A stretch of 64,000 nt of DNA from Alphaproteobacteria bacterium (lineage in GTDB: Bacteria > Pseudomonadota > Alphaproteobacteria > SHVV01), in contig OZ253470.1 of the NCBI GenBank assembly GCA_965261735.1, positions 3,296,001 to 3,360,000 of the forward strand, written 5' to 3'. The notes below the pieces were generated by a model, which worked only from the letters and a program-made list of their open reading frames with translations, made no database searches and was not told the origin of the DNA. Every line of letters begins with the position of its first letter. Within the stretch, counting starts at the first letter, position 1. The translations under genes and the position numbers were made by a program. Of this stretch, positions 52,090-62,835 are shown one piece after another.

Positions 52090-53561
52090 CAGACCTTACC
52101 GAAGACTCTCCGCGACACGGCATATTTTCTGTTGCTCCTAACCAACGGGCAAATGGTTCGTTGACACTGGCAGGTCGAGAATCCAAATTGCAATTGTGGT
52201 CAGACAGTCCACTCGATATATCTACAAACTCAACTATTACCGGGGTACTGGATAATCTTACAAAAATTTCATTGATTGGATGCAATGTCAGAAGCGAAGG
52301 CCATGTGGGAAAGGGAGTGCAGATACGATACAACTATTTTGTATCAACACAATGTGTTCTTTTTGGGAGCCACCATATTTCGGCTAATGAGAGCGTTGTG
52401 CATGAAATTTTATTTGTTCTAAAACACGCAGTAGCATTGTTTCATGACTCCGATGCGTACGGCACAATCTTTAATAATGCCGCAGCTACCGCAATGGTAG
52501 CCAAATTTGACAACCCTGACACAGCAGTCGATATCGAAGACTCAAATTGGATATCCTATTACACCGGCAAGAAATCCGTATTCACCTCCGACACAGTGAT
52601 TGGTCGGGTATCGGCAAATCATACTCCCGTCTTTACGATCGACAATGACCGTGATCATGGACTGGAAAAAGTTACCGAACTGAGCATCAAATTCGATGAG
52701 CCACAGCCAGTGATTGAGTCATTGCATAGAATGGGGAGGGTACTACAGTTCTTCGATCTGGTTGTCGGGTATGCTCAAAATGTATCGTCGATAAGGGTCC
52801 ATACTGGATACGATGACCCATCTCATTCCTTTGAGTTGTATGCAATAGGCTATGCAGAATGGCGTTCCACCGGAGAGGAACCGGAAAGCGGAAACATTCT
52901 GCGCACGACGGTTCTAATTCATCCGGTCGACGATCCGACACAATTCTCGAATGTCCTTAATTCTTGGTTGGACAGGGATGTTGGGTGGCGCACCGCTCGG
53001 GTTAGACTGGCTCATGATTGGGGCAAACGGTTCTACCATTACAATCGTATAATAGCGGCGGCCAACGTGTTTGATCTTGTTCCAAATGAGGTCTATGGGA
53101 ACAAGCCACCTTTGGCTTCAAATTTGTCTGCTGCCTTGGACGCTTCGAGACAAATTTTCTGCGGCTTGACACCGAGCGACGAACGCAACGACATTCTTGA
53201 ATACTTGGGAAGAGTCGGCGGCTGGAGACTCAAGCGAAAGATTGCTTTCAGGGCGAAGAACATTCGCGATTCGATAGGTCAACTATTACCAGAATTCGAA
53301 ACTGTAATATACGAAGCAGTCAACCTGCGGAATCATTACGTTCACGGATCTCCGTCCCGCATGAGGAGTGATCAGAGATTACCATTGCTGCATTTTCTGA
53401 CAAATTCTCTGGAATTCATTTTTTTCGCGTCGGACTTCATAGACGCTGGATGGAACATTGCTGATTGGTGTAGCAAGGGCAGGCCAATCGGGCATCCATT
53501 TCATAATTACCTCGTCCATTACAAAGAAGATTTGAAGGTGTTGAAAGACGCGCTCGAATAA
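52086..53561 (+). CDS. ApeA-family HEPN domain protein (putative anti-phage RNase)
   Basis: Beta-rich ApeA-like N-terminus, C-terminal RNHYVH (RxxxxH); low GC. Confidence 0.8.
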   Translation: MTDLTEDSPRHGIFSVAPNQRANGSLTLAGRESKLQLWSDSPLDISTNSTITGVLDNLTKISLIGCNVRSEGHVGKGVQIRYNYFVSTQCVLFGSHHISANESVVHEILFVLKHAVALFHDSDAYGTIFNNAAATAMVAKFDNPDTAVDIEDSNWISYYTGKKSVFTSDTVIGRVSANHTPVFTIDNDRDHGLEKVTELSIKFDEPQPVIESLHRMGRVLQFFDLVVGYAQNVSSIRVHTGYDDPSHSFELYAIGYAEWRSTGEEPESGNILRTTVLIHPVDDPTQFSNVLNSWLDRDVGWRTARVRLAHDWGKRFYHYNRIIAAANVFDLVPNEVYGNKPPLASNLSAALDASRQIFCGLTPSDERNDILEYLGRVGGWRLKRKIAFRAKNIRDSIGQLLPEFETVIYEAVNLRNHYVHGSPSRMRSDQRLPLLHFLTNSLEFIFFASDFIDAGWNIADWCSKGRPIGHPFHNYLVHYKEDLKVLKDALE

Positions 53562-53581
53562 TGCTCTTCTAGGGTTGCAGT

Positions 53582-53990
53582 TTAGGGGTCTAAAGGGGAC
53601 GAAGAACTGTCATCGTTGGACATAGCCCGGTGGATGATATATGCGACCTTCTCCGCCGCTTCGACAAGGTGCGCATCGGAAAGGTGGGCGTAACCCGCCG
53701 TGGTTCGGTGCCTCCGATGACCAAGTAGCTTGCCGACCAGTGGCAGGTTCTCACCCGCCATGACCGCCTGGCTGGCCGCCGTGTGGCGCAGATCGTGCAG
53801 GCGCAGGCTGCCGAGCCCGGCAGCGGCGCAGACCATCCGCCAGCACGTTGCAAGGCTGTAGGTGCCCCTGCCTCTGCGTGGCGCGGGAACAGGGACGCAT
53901 CCGCCTTGTGCGCGCCGGGCAACGCGGCTGTTATTCGGCGCGCAAGTTTGACCCCACAGAATCGTGCGATATCAAGGGCTTGGCGTGTCG
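53582..53990 (-). pseudogene. Tyrosine integrase C-terminal fragment
   Basis: LRLHDLRHTAAS...LLGHRRHRTTAGYAH. Confidence 0.85.
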
Positions 53991-54014
53991 ACCGGCGTCG
54001 AACCCTCGTGCCGA

Positions 54015-54270
54015 ACAACACCCTCAAGTCAGAACTCGGCCTGCGCCCCATCTTCCACCGCACCCAGGGGCGTTCCGACGGGCATCTGTTCATCACCGTG
54101 ATCGCCTACCAGATGGTGCAGACCATCCGCCGGCGTCTCGGCGAGCAGGGAGAATACGCCAGCTGGGCCAGCCTCAGAGCCATCCTCGAAGGCCAGCAAC
54201 GCGTTACCGCGACCTTCCAGCGCAAGGACGGACGCACCCTTCACGTCCGCAAGGCCACCCGCGCCGAGCC
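54015..54270 (+). mobile_element. IS1634-family transposase C-terminal fragment
   Basis: LKSELGLRPIFH...GHLFITVIAY...TLHVRKATRAEP. Confidence 0.75.
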
Positions 54271-54725
54271 CCTTCCCTCGACCGGCATTACCCGGCGTCG
54301 TCGGTAGTACGGGCCCATCCGCCACCCCGCCGGCCCGGCCTGGCCCTCACGGGCTGCCGGTTTGGTCCGTGCAAGACCACAGCCGGGGCTTCCCATGTTG
54401 CCTCTTCTCTCATCTTCCATGCGTGCCGGCACCACTACCCCGGCGGAAATGAACCGATGCCCGCGAGGCTCGCTTCCCGATCCACCATCCGCCTTCCCCT
54501 TGTTTAAGGTGGGTCGGCTTCCGCAACTACCGTTTCGGGGCCTGCACAGTGCTCGCTTGCGCTCCGGCCCGCATGGTCGCTGAACTGCTCACGCGGCCCT
54601 TTGACACCAGGGTGCTTCAGTCCATGTCGTTACCTCCATAAACCGCCCTGCCTGCTACCAACCGGAGCCTCAGGTGTTGGGCGGGGTTCGCACCCGCCAG
54701 AGAGAAGCGCCTTACCATGGCGCAC
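54270..54725 (-). ncRNA. Group II intron 5' fragment (domains I-III, no RT ORF)
   Basis: Starts GTGCG at 54725; AAGCCGAC...GGGGAAGGC, AACATGGGAAGCCC and GTACTACC...GGGTAATGCC...GGGAAGGG motifs. Confidence 0.8.
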
Positions 54726-54816
54726 TTAAACTTGGGTTAACAACACGCTGGCCTCACCGCACATCTTCGGGAACAATGGATCATCGACATCGTCACCGAC
54801 AATGGGGTTGATGCGT

Positions 54817-55845
54817 ATGACCAGATTTTTTGATCGCTTGTTCCGGTTTCGTGCGGGCGAGGGTAGAGACCAGCAGGAGGATTTCTTTACCGAGGTCTTC
54901 AGCGGTGTTTTGAAGCTGTGCCCGGAGCTCGCAACCGACTTTTCGGCTCATCTTATAGGTAGAAGTTCCACGCTAACTGCACTGGACATTTCGACACTAA
55001 AAACCCAGAAGTCTTTCCCAGGAGGCCGTCTCGATATGTGGATCGAGGCCAGTTGCACCGGAAATCGCCACGTTGTCGCTGTAGAAAACAAGATCGCTTC
55101 CAGTGAAGGTCCTTGCCAACTTCGCAGATACGAGAATTATCTGGCGGAGCAGGATGCAGTCAGCAAGACCCTCGTTTACATCACGCGCGCATCGGGAACG
55201 AATTTCTCCGGTGGGCAGAAGGGCGTGCGTTTTGTCTCCTTGACATGGAACGACGTGTATGACTGGATCAAGGATTGGATGAGAAACTGTGCACCAGACG
55301 GGTGCTGCGGCCGTTTGTTGATTGAACAACTGTTGGCACTAATGGTAGACTGGAGAATGACTATTTCACTTACCGCCAGCGACCTTTCAGGTGCGACCAC
55401 GTATTGGGCGTCAACTCATGAAACGCTTTGGCACATACTCGAATTGGCTTGGGGCGACAGCAAGCTCAGCGACGTTGCGGATGGCCTGCAATGGAAGAAT
55501 AAGATGCAAACAAACCTCTACTATGAATCCCTCCCGATCCCGAATGTTGGTGTCTGCCTGTACTACGGTTTTGATTTTGACCGTACCGACGAACGCTGGA
55601 ATGTGAGAGAACTCCTGATACCTTCCGCATATGTAGCACTTTATCTGGGCGAAGATCAAACCCTCCAAGGCCAGATAGATCTTTCTGATGACTGGAAATC
55701 ACCAGAGCAAGGGGAATTGAACAGCTGCACTCATGTACGACAGCTCAGCGAGCTGGTTCAGCTCAGTCCTTCCCTTGGTCATGTGTACCTTAGGTTTTTC
55801 ACAGAATCGCTCAACGAACTTGTCTGTCTGTTTGATCGCACCTAG
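54817..55845 (+). CDS. PD-(D/E)XK nuclease-family protein
   Basis: EDFFTE, RLDMWIE, VENKI, QLRRY. Confidence 0.8.
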   Translation: MTRFFDRLFRFRAGEGRDQQEDFFTEVFSGVLKLCPELATDFSAHLIGRSSTLTALDISTLKTQKSFPGGRLDMWIEASCTGNRHVVAVENKIASSEGPCQLRRYENYLAEQDAVSKTLVYITRASGTNFSGGQKGVRFVSLTWNDVYDWIKDWMRNCAPDGCCGRLLIEQLLALMVDWRMTISLTASDLSGATTYWASTHETLWHILELAWGDSKLSDVADGLQWKNKMQTNLYYESLPIPNVGVCLYYGFDFDRTDERWNVRELLIPSAYVALYLGEDQTLQGQIDLSDDWKSPEQGELNSCTHVRQLSELVQLSPSLGHVYLRFFTESLNELVCLFDRT

Positions 55846-56049
55846 TGTTCCGTCGAGAAATATAGTCCGGCTGAAATCTCTTGAAGAATGGGCGAGACGA
55901 GCGAATTGTTCGCCTGATTTGACGCTGTTGCGGTGGGACAGAGCCACCCTCATAAGTATCATCAGATCGTGGCTATCCGCTTGTCTCACACACCCACTAG
56001 GCCGAACTTCCCCGGCAGATATTGATCTACGTCGTTGCGGTAGCTCTTG

Positions 56050-56383
56050 AGCGCCGAGGGTGTGACCACGAGACAGTCCAGAAGCGGGCGGCGCCCGCCG
56101 CGCCACGGGAAACGCGCGGTCTCTTCGAGCGGCAGGCGGGCCAAGACAAGTCGGTGCAACCAGGCAAAGTTGGCAGCGCCTGCGGCCGGTAGAGAAAGAA
56201 GCCGAAGGCTTTGGCGGCGAGTGCGGCGGAGGACTCCGGGCTATCGAACTTGCCGCTGGCGGTCTCGTTGCCGGGCCCAGCGTTGATGACTCGTTCGATG
56301 TCCGCACCCGGAACGCCTGCTGGTAGAAACCTGTTCCCCGGTGCCGTAGCTGCGGGCGCCGAGCCGCGACCTGCGAAAGGCAA
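56050..56383 (-). pseudogene. Fragment of a PGN_0703-like putative restriction endonuclease
   Basis: GNETASGKFDSPESSAALA..AFGFF motif. Confidence 0.55.
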
Positions 56384-57201
56384 GTCGCTGGCGAAGCTCT
56401 CGAATCCGGTGATGAGGCCAAGGAAAGCCTGCCGTGGTCACGAGATTGAACCCGACCGGCTACGGGACGATCGACGTCGCGCTGGGCAGCCGTCTAGCAT
56501 GGCTCGGGTGGACGAGAGGGGAAGGCGTACCCGACGGGTGATGGAACGGCGGCTGGGCGAAGGCATCGCGGGACTTTCGGCCCCAGGTCTAGAATGCCCA
56601 TACGGGAAAGGTGTACTGATTTCGTGCAAGGTGGACACGGTTGACAAGGCTGGCATGTTGGACATGGAATTTGTCAGCGCATTCGAAGGAGTGAGCACCA
56701 TCACTCCCCGATGACGAGTCGAGAGATTGTGGCACAAGAGGGAGTGAATTGTTGAACGAGCTATTGGAGCATATCAACGGAATCGATGATGTTCGAGACT
56801 TATTATACATCTTCTTGGCAATTCCTGTTCTTATTTTGCTCGTTTGGCGGTCTGTTAGCGCCAACAGGCAGGCCAATGCAGCGTTGGATCACGTAAAGTC
56901 CGTTCAGGAACAAGTTGCGTTAACGCAAAGGGATTCGCTCAATCAACGATTTCAGTCTGCGTCCGATATGTTGGATAGCGAAGTTCTATCGACCCGGATC
57001 GGAGCAGTGTACTCCTTGATGCGTCTAGCAGAGGATAGGCCGGAAGAGTTTCATATTCAGACCATGATTCTCTTGTGTGCGTTCTTGAGAAATCCTCCAT
57101 CATATGCGAGCGAGAGCGAGAGGGTCGCTTTTCGTGACGATGTGCATACCATATCGCGATTATCAAGTTGACATAAGCCGTACGACCAGTACGCTGCTGG
57201 C

Positions 57202-57936
57202 ATGGGCATTGAAGTGCCGATCAGCCTCTCGGGCGTGGTTGCGCCATTGGTCTCCTTCGTGGTGCGCGTGATGCCGAAGTGTGTGCGGAAGTGCCGCCCT
57301 TTCAGCGTCTTGGGGCTGTGGGCCGCGGCTCGGGAGCTGCGACGCCACTTCGACGCTACAGACGCCAAATACGACAGGTACGTTCATTTGATAGCCGTTG
57401 AAGGAGCGTCCGCTGTTCTTGGGCGCTTTGACATCCCTCATCCGGAGAAGAAGGTGGGGCCGAGTGTATGGCGGGCCTTTCTTGCACCTATTGTTTCCGC
57501 TGCGGAACAAGGAGATATCAAAAAAGCAAGGGCGGTAATGTCGAACGAAGAATGGGGCTTCATATGGGCACGCCCCAACTTCGGCACAGCATCGGCGCCG
57601 CCGCCCTCGATAGAGCCAACCGCAAGCGTCCCCGATGATGTAGAAGCCGTAAAACTTAACCCTGGCAATGGACGGCGCGTAGTCCGTCTCATCATGAGTG
57701 CATCAACGGAGAGAGAGGTCGAAGACCTTTACGGGGATTTTAGGAGCGCGTCACACAAGACATCGGAAAGCGAAGTCTTTGCTGCCTACGCCCTGGAAAA
57801 AGATCGCCTACTCAACGGTGATCAAGATGAAGATTGGTGGTGGGATTTCTACGAGGCGGCCGGGAAACTCGAAGACCCAGATGAGGTGATACGGGCGCTC
57901 TATAGGTTGGAGAAGGAATACCCGGATGAAGGATGA
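57202..57936 (+). CDS. Hypothetical passenger protein inside IS1595
   Basis: 244-aa ORF convergent with the transposase. Confidence 0.6.
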   Translation: MGIEVPISLSGVVAPLVSFVVRVMPKCVRKCRPFSVLGLWAAARELRRHFDATDAKYDRYVHLIAVEGASAVLGRFDIPHPEKKVGPSVWRAFLAPIVSAAEQGDIKKARAVMSNEEWGFIWARPNFGTASAPPPSIEPTASVPDDVEAVKLNPGNGRRVVRLIMSASTEREVEDLYGDFRSASHKTSESEVFAAYALEKDRLLNGDQDEDWWWDFYEAAGKLEDPDEVIRALYRLEKEYPDEG

Positions 57937-57992
57937 CACCTACCCGCCAGAGATCGCGTGGCGACGCTTCGACGCGCTTCTGCGCCGAGCCC

Positions 57993-58847
57993 TTAGAAGC
58001 GGGCCACCAGATCGGCGAAGATCGAAGCAGGACGCTTCCGGCGATTGTAGCGATACTCAAACTCCTTCACGTACTTCTGAAGGTGTTTCGCCGAAACGTG
58101 AACGTGCGTCCCGCGAATCGACAGCTTCAGACGCGCCCAAAAGCCCTCGATCCCGTTAACGTGGCAGTCGCCGTCCACATATTCCCCTGCTCCATGGTTC
58201 ACCGTCTCGTGCTCAAAACCGGCCTTAGACAGCCCGCTGTAGGACTTCAGTTCGTCGGTATGGATCGTGCTACCTTTCTCGACATTCTCTTTGATGATCG
58301 GTTGAAGGGTTTTCTTGCGCACGTTCGGCACCACGTTCGCCATCACGTCGCCGTTGCGCTCCAACATTCCAAACACAACAGTCTTGTTCGGAGCGCCCCG
58401 CCCGCGCTTGCCGCCAGTCGTTCGACCGCCGACATAGGTTTCGTCGGCCTCGATATCGCCGTCCAACGGCCACTCGCCGTCCGTATCGGCCATGTGTTTG
58501 CGAATCTCATGCGCCATACGCCACGCCGTCGGATAGGAAATATCCAACTGGCGCTCCAGTTCCTTTGCGGGCACGCCGTGCCGGGATATCGAGAACATGA
58601 ACATCGCATAGAACCACTTGTGAAGCGGCAAGCGCGTGCGGTGCATGAAGGTGCCGGCGGTTGGGTGAAGATGATGGCCGCAATGCTGGCAAACGTAGCC
58701 GCGCTCTTTCGTCATGCGATAGAACTTGCCGAATGCGCCACACTTCGGGCAGTCCAACTCGGTTCCACCGTAGCGCGTCACCAGCAAGTGATGCAGGCAC
58801 GCCTCATCATCTGGGAACTGCTTCTGGAATTGGTAGAACGTGGTCAT
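57993..58847 (-). CDS. IS1595-family transposase
   Basis: CPKC..CQHC, EADETYVGG, HTDE, NGIEGFW, YVKEFEYRYN. Confidence 0.95.
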   Translation of the reverse strand: MTTFYQFQKQFPDDEACLHHLLVTRYGGTELDCPKCGAFGKFYRMTKERGYVCQHCGHHLHPTAGTFMHRTRLPLHKWFYAMFMFSISRHGVPAKELERQLDISYPTAWRMAHEIRKHMADTDGEWPLDGDIEADETYVGGRTTGGKRGRGAPNKTVVFGMLERNGDVMANVVPNVRKKTLQPIIKENVEKGSTIHTDELKSYSGLSKAGFEHETVNHGAGEYVDGDCHVNGIEGFWARLKLSIRGTHVHVSAKHLQKYVKEFEYRYNRRKRPASIFADLVARF

Positions 58848-59700
58848 GGCGATCTCCTATTTCCAATATATGGGGAGCGTCTCCTCTTATGTCAAGTTGA
58901 TAATCGCGTACCATATTGCAGGCACTGAAGCGACGATCGAAGTATGCCATCAATCTTGAGAAGGATCAAAAGTTTTACATGGATCTTACGGGAGTAAGAC
59001 TTGTTGGAGATGCCCTGAGACATTCCCAATTCAGCCGCGCGCAGTTTACGGGTGCCGACTTGTCAGAGGCGTATTCTGAGGGGACAAATTATTCACACTC
59101 TCACTGGGAGCACTGCAATCTGAGGAAGGGTCGGTTTGTGGGGGCAAATTTCTTTCTAGCAGGCATGTTCTCCTGTGATGTCTCGAGCGCAGATTTGCAG
59201 GGCGCGAATTTACACCGATCGCATTTTCACCGCTCCACAATGTGTGGCACCAATCTAAAGTACGCGCGAATGACTGGAGCATCATTGAGTGCGACCAATC
59301 TGACGGGTGCTTGTCTCTATCTTTGTGACTTGTCTGGAGCGCGAATTGAGTCCAGCAAATTACACCGGGACGGGACGGTGGACGAAATAGAGACCTTCTG
59401 TACGGTTACTCAAGCGCAGTTAGACGAGGCAACCGCCGATACCGAGAATCCACCGAAAATTGCACCGGGTACCATTGACATCGAGACGGGACAGGACGTG
59501 GCATGGAACATGAGCAAGAGTGAAGAAAACTGGGAGAAGCTTACGGCTCTGAAGCAGCAGGGAGCGGACCGCGACAATCGGGACACGACGTGAGGCAGCG
59601 GTCCGAAACTGTTGTTCAATGCGGGACTTCGACGTTGACCAGCCCTCCAGAGCGTCGATTACTCATGGTTAGGAGAGGTCAAGGACCTGGGTCGGTCAGC

Positions 59701-61945
59701 GTACGGGTGCAGCATGAATGTCGGTGTCCAGAGAGACGGTCAGCTTAACGATGATGCGAATGGCTATCCGGCGGATCCGATCCGTGAGGAAATTGGGCTG
59801 CCGCGCAACGAGTCGGCGGTGCTGGTGGAGACCGTTCTTGCCGAATTCCGCTGGACGCTGGCTGCGGAGATCAAGCCCGCTTCGTTCGGCGGATTCCATC
59901 AGCGCTGCGAAGATCTGCGCCGGGCAGAGCGTGATGCCCGTTCGCTTGCGAACTCGCTGACGAGACAGCTCGACACCTGCCGGTTCAAGCTCAAGGCGGC
60001 CGTCGCTGAGGCGAAGGAGGCTCGCCGCCCGATGCACTTCCGCGCCGAAGATCGGGTCGCGGGCCACGAAGGCGTTGGAGCGCAGGGTCAAGTTCCAGGA
60101 CGATGAAGTCGCCGATCTTCGCCTGTCGTTGCGCAGGTCTCACGAGCACCGGGAGTGGACCGCGGCGGGGCACCAGGACGAGATCAACTGGCTGAAGAAG
60201 GACATCGATCGAGGGAGCTCGCAGATTGTGAATGTGTCCCGAAAGGGCGACCGTGCGGCTGAGTCGCTGCGCAAGCAGTTCGACTGGCGGCTCGCGGCGG
60301 CCAGGCGGTTGGTGGGGCCCGGGAGGGCACGATCGCGTGGATGCGCGAACGCAACAACCGGCTGCGAGTGGCGATCATGCGGGCCACGGAGTTGATCGCG
60401 TCGCTGCGGGAGAAGAATGTCCGGTTGCGCGCCAAGGTGCGGGATCTGACGGGCGAGAACGCGGCGCTCGCCTCACGGGTCTAGACGCTGCAAGCCCAGC
60501 TCGATAAGACGCGGTCGACCCGGAGCGTCCTGTCGAAGGCGATCTACGGCAGCAAGAGCGAACGGCAGAAGAAGCCGGGCACCGGGCGCAAGCGCGGCCA
60601 GCAGCGCGGCGCCGCCGGACACGGGCGCACCCAACGCCCCGGCCTCGGGGAGAAGAAGGAACGGCGCAACCCGCCGAAGGATGCGCGCGTATGTCCGCGT
60701 TGCGGCAAGCCCTATGTCGCCAACGGCGAGCGGTGCACCACTCTTTTCGATATCGATGTCGTGGCCCACGAAAACACCATCGTCCGGCCGCGCTACCGCC
60801 GCGGTTGCGACTGCGCCTCCTCGCCGCGCGATGTGACCGCGCCTGCGGTGGCGCGGCTGTTCGACAACACGCCCTACGGGATCAGCGTCTGGGTGTGCAT
60901 GCTCTACGAGCGCTTCGTCTGCTGCCGACCCTTGCATCGGGTCGCGGCCTAGCTGGCCGATATGGGGCTGGCGATCTCGCCGGGGACGCTGGCCGACAGC
61001 ATCAAGCGCTTTGAGCCGCTGTTCGAGCCGCTGGCCAAGGCGATCCTCGCGCACCAGAACACAGCGGCGCTGCGCCATGCCGACGAGACGACATGGCGCG
61101 TTCAGGCGTATCGCGAGAAGGGGCGCTCGAGCCGGGCCTGGCTGTGGACCTCGGTGAGCACGGACGCGGTCTACTACCAGATCGACCACTCGCGCAGCGC
61201 CGAGGTCGCGAAGGTTCTGTTCGGTTCCCCGCGCGGATGTCGCCCGCCATCGACGCAAGCGCCTCGAACCCCAGTCGGCCCTGCGCCGCGTAGCCAGTCA
61301 GCACATCAAGCGCGGCGCGCCTGACCCCCTCCTTCCAGCGCCCATCGCGCACTGTCTCCTCCAGTGCACCCGCAAGCGTGGGCAACGGCTCACCGGCCGC
61401 CAGCAGCTGCATCAGCAGCATCACGTAGGACTGGTGCTCGTCGTCGCGCGCGGGGTCCGACAGGATCTCCAGGAATGTCCCTTCGAGGTCGGGCGACACG
61501 ATCACGCCGATGCCGGACACCTTCCTCGTCCCGGGCGAGCACCACCGGTTCCAGCCGACCTCCTGGCGTAGATTCCGCACGATCTCGCGCTTCTCGTCGA
61601 CCGAGTACGTCCCGGCCTCGCCGGTGTAGATCAGCCCGCTCGCGTGGTACCGGCTGAGCCTCTTCCGCGACGGCTTGCTGTGCACCGCCAGCCAGGACAC
61701 GAAGTTCTGAAACGACGGCAGCAATTCGCCGTCGAACCCGGTGATCAGCGCGAGCACCCGCCCGAGCGGCAGGCCCGTGTCCAGCAGTCCCGAGACGTGG
61801 CGGGCCGCCAGGAACTCAGCGATCTGGCTGTGCGCCGGCGCCAGCAGTCCCGGGGACACGCCCTCGAACAGACGCGTCCCCAGCACTTGCCGTTCGGGAC
61901 CCCGTGGGTTACCGAGAACGCAGACGGGATCGGCGCACCCGTTAC
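59701..61945 (+). mobile_element. Degenerate IS66-family element
   Basis: Ends GTACGGGTGC (59701) / GCACCCGTTAC (61945); TnpC fragments RKRGQQRGAAGHGR, CPRCG, HADETTW with stops and frameshifts. Confidence 0.7.
61228..61890 (-). pseudogene. Internal fragment of a large NTPase-type (NACHT-like) protein
   Basis: HSQIAEFLAARH, LPLGRVLAL, WLAVH; no start or proper end. Confidence 0.55.
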
Positions 61946-62293
61946 CCCGCGGTCAGTCGAGCCCGACCTGAGAACCGAGTCTGGCGTGGCGCACCGCCGT
62001 GATGCCGGAGCCGGGGAAGGCAGTGGCGCTCTTCGGTAGGAGCTTCAACAGGTCGATGTATTGCCGGAATGGTGCGGCGACCGTCCGCGCCTCTTCCGGC
62101 CGGGCTTGAAAACGTCTGGCGCACGCCGTTCTGCTCGGCCACTGCGCGGTGATCTTCTCGAAAGCCTGAGCCGCCATGCGGGAGTGCCCAGAAGAGCTTC
62201 GGCCATCAGCTGAGGAAATGCTATGAAACTTCCAATCTTTAACTCGACCATCAGACATCCGCAGTGGTCAAAGCACAGACTATAAAGCACAGA

Positions 62294-62794
62294 CTATAAT
62301 GGCTGACGCCCTCGCGATCGTATTTTGTTATCAGCCGTTTCTACCGTAATGACGTCTCCACAGAAGGCAAAGCAAAACGCTTTCTCGGATGACCCCATAG
62401 CATCGAAGAGAGCCTTCGAATAAATTCCCTTGACCCGCCGCATGGTGACAAGGGGCGCGACGAGCAATACAAGCCACCACCAATTCTCTGTGAAAATGGC
62501 TGACCCGATTCCGAGGACCGGTGCCAGATAGCCACCAGCAATGATCATCGTTGCCAAGTTCCGCTGATACGAACTGGCGAATAAGGAGAACATTTCACTG
62601 GATATTCGTCTACCAAACGGAGAAAGGCGGACAATGGTCCGACCGGAATACAGGTCGTTTTGCAAATCTTTAAAATGCGTGTAGGGAACCTCCACTAGGT
62701 CTGCAACATTGAGGACGACGGCATGTTTGTCAACAAAACCCGATGGGCCAAGATCGTCGATTCTCTTCTCAATCTCTTCTGTGAGTTCGTTCAT
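62294..62794 (-). CDS. Hypothetical membrane protein
   Basis: Two hydrophobic segments; follows the ankyrin gene on the same strand. Confidence 0.65.
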   Translation of the reverse strand: MNELTEEIEKRIDDLGPSGFVDKHAVVLNVADLVEVPYTHFKDLQNDLYSGRTIVRLSPFGRRISSEMFSLFASSYQRNLATMIIAGGYLAPVLGIGSAIFTENWWWLVLLVAPLVTMRRVKGIYSKALFDAMGSSEKAFCFAFCGDVITVETADNKIRSRGRQPL

Positions 62795-62835
62795 CTTTCG
62801 CCCCAGCTTGCCCTTCTGAGTGCACCGTCGACCGC

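Larger units (their letters stand above)
57155..58908 (-). mobile_element. IS1595-family element with passenger gene
   Basis: IRs CGCGATTATCAAGTTGACATAAG / CTTATGTCAAGTTGATAATCGCG; 8-bp TSD TACCATAT (57147-57154, 58909-58916). Confidence 0.93.
56749..59593 (+). pseudogene. Membrane-anchored pentapeptide-repeat protein split by IS1595
   Basis: TM helix, TRIGAVYSL, LLCAFLR; rejoining across the TSD gives DVHTILQALKRR, then A(D/N)Lxx repeats and VTQAQLDEA. Confidence 0.85.

Noticed and set aside
54270-54725. Retron or other RT-based system
   Set aside because: Only intron RNA domains remain; no reverse transcriptase ORF in the window
55842-56050. IS630-type end remnant (CTAGTGTTCCGTC)
   Set aside because: Too short and degenerate to support without a search
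57933-58928. 331-aa plus-strand ORF
   Set aside because: Antisense shadow of the IS1595 transposase
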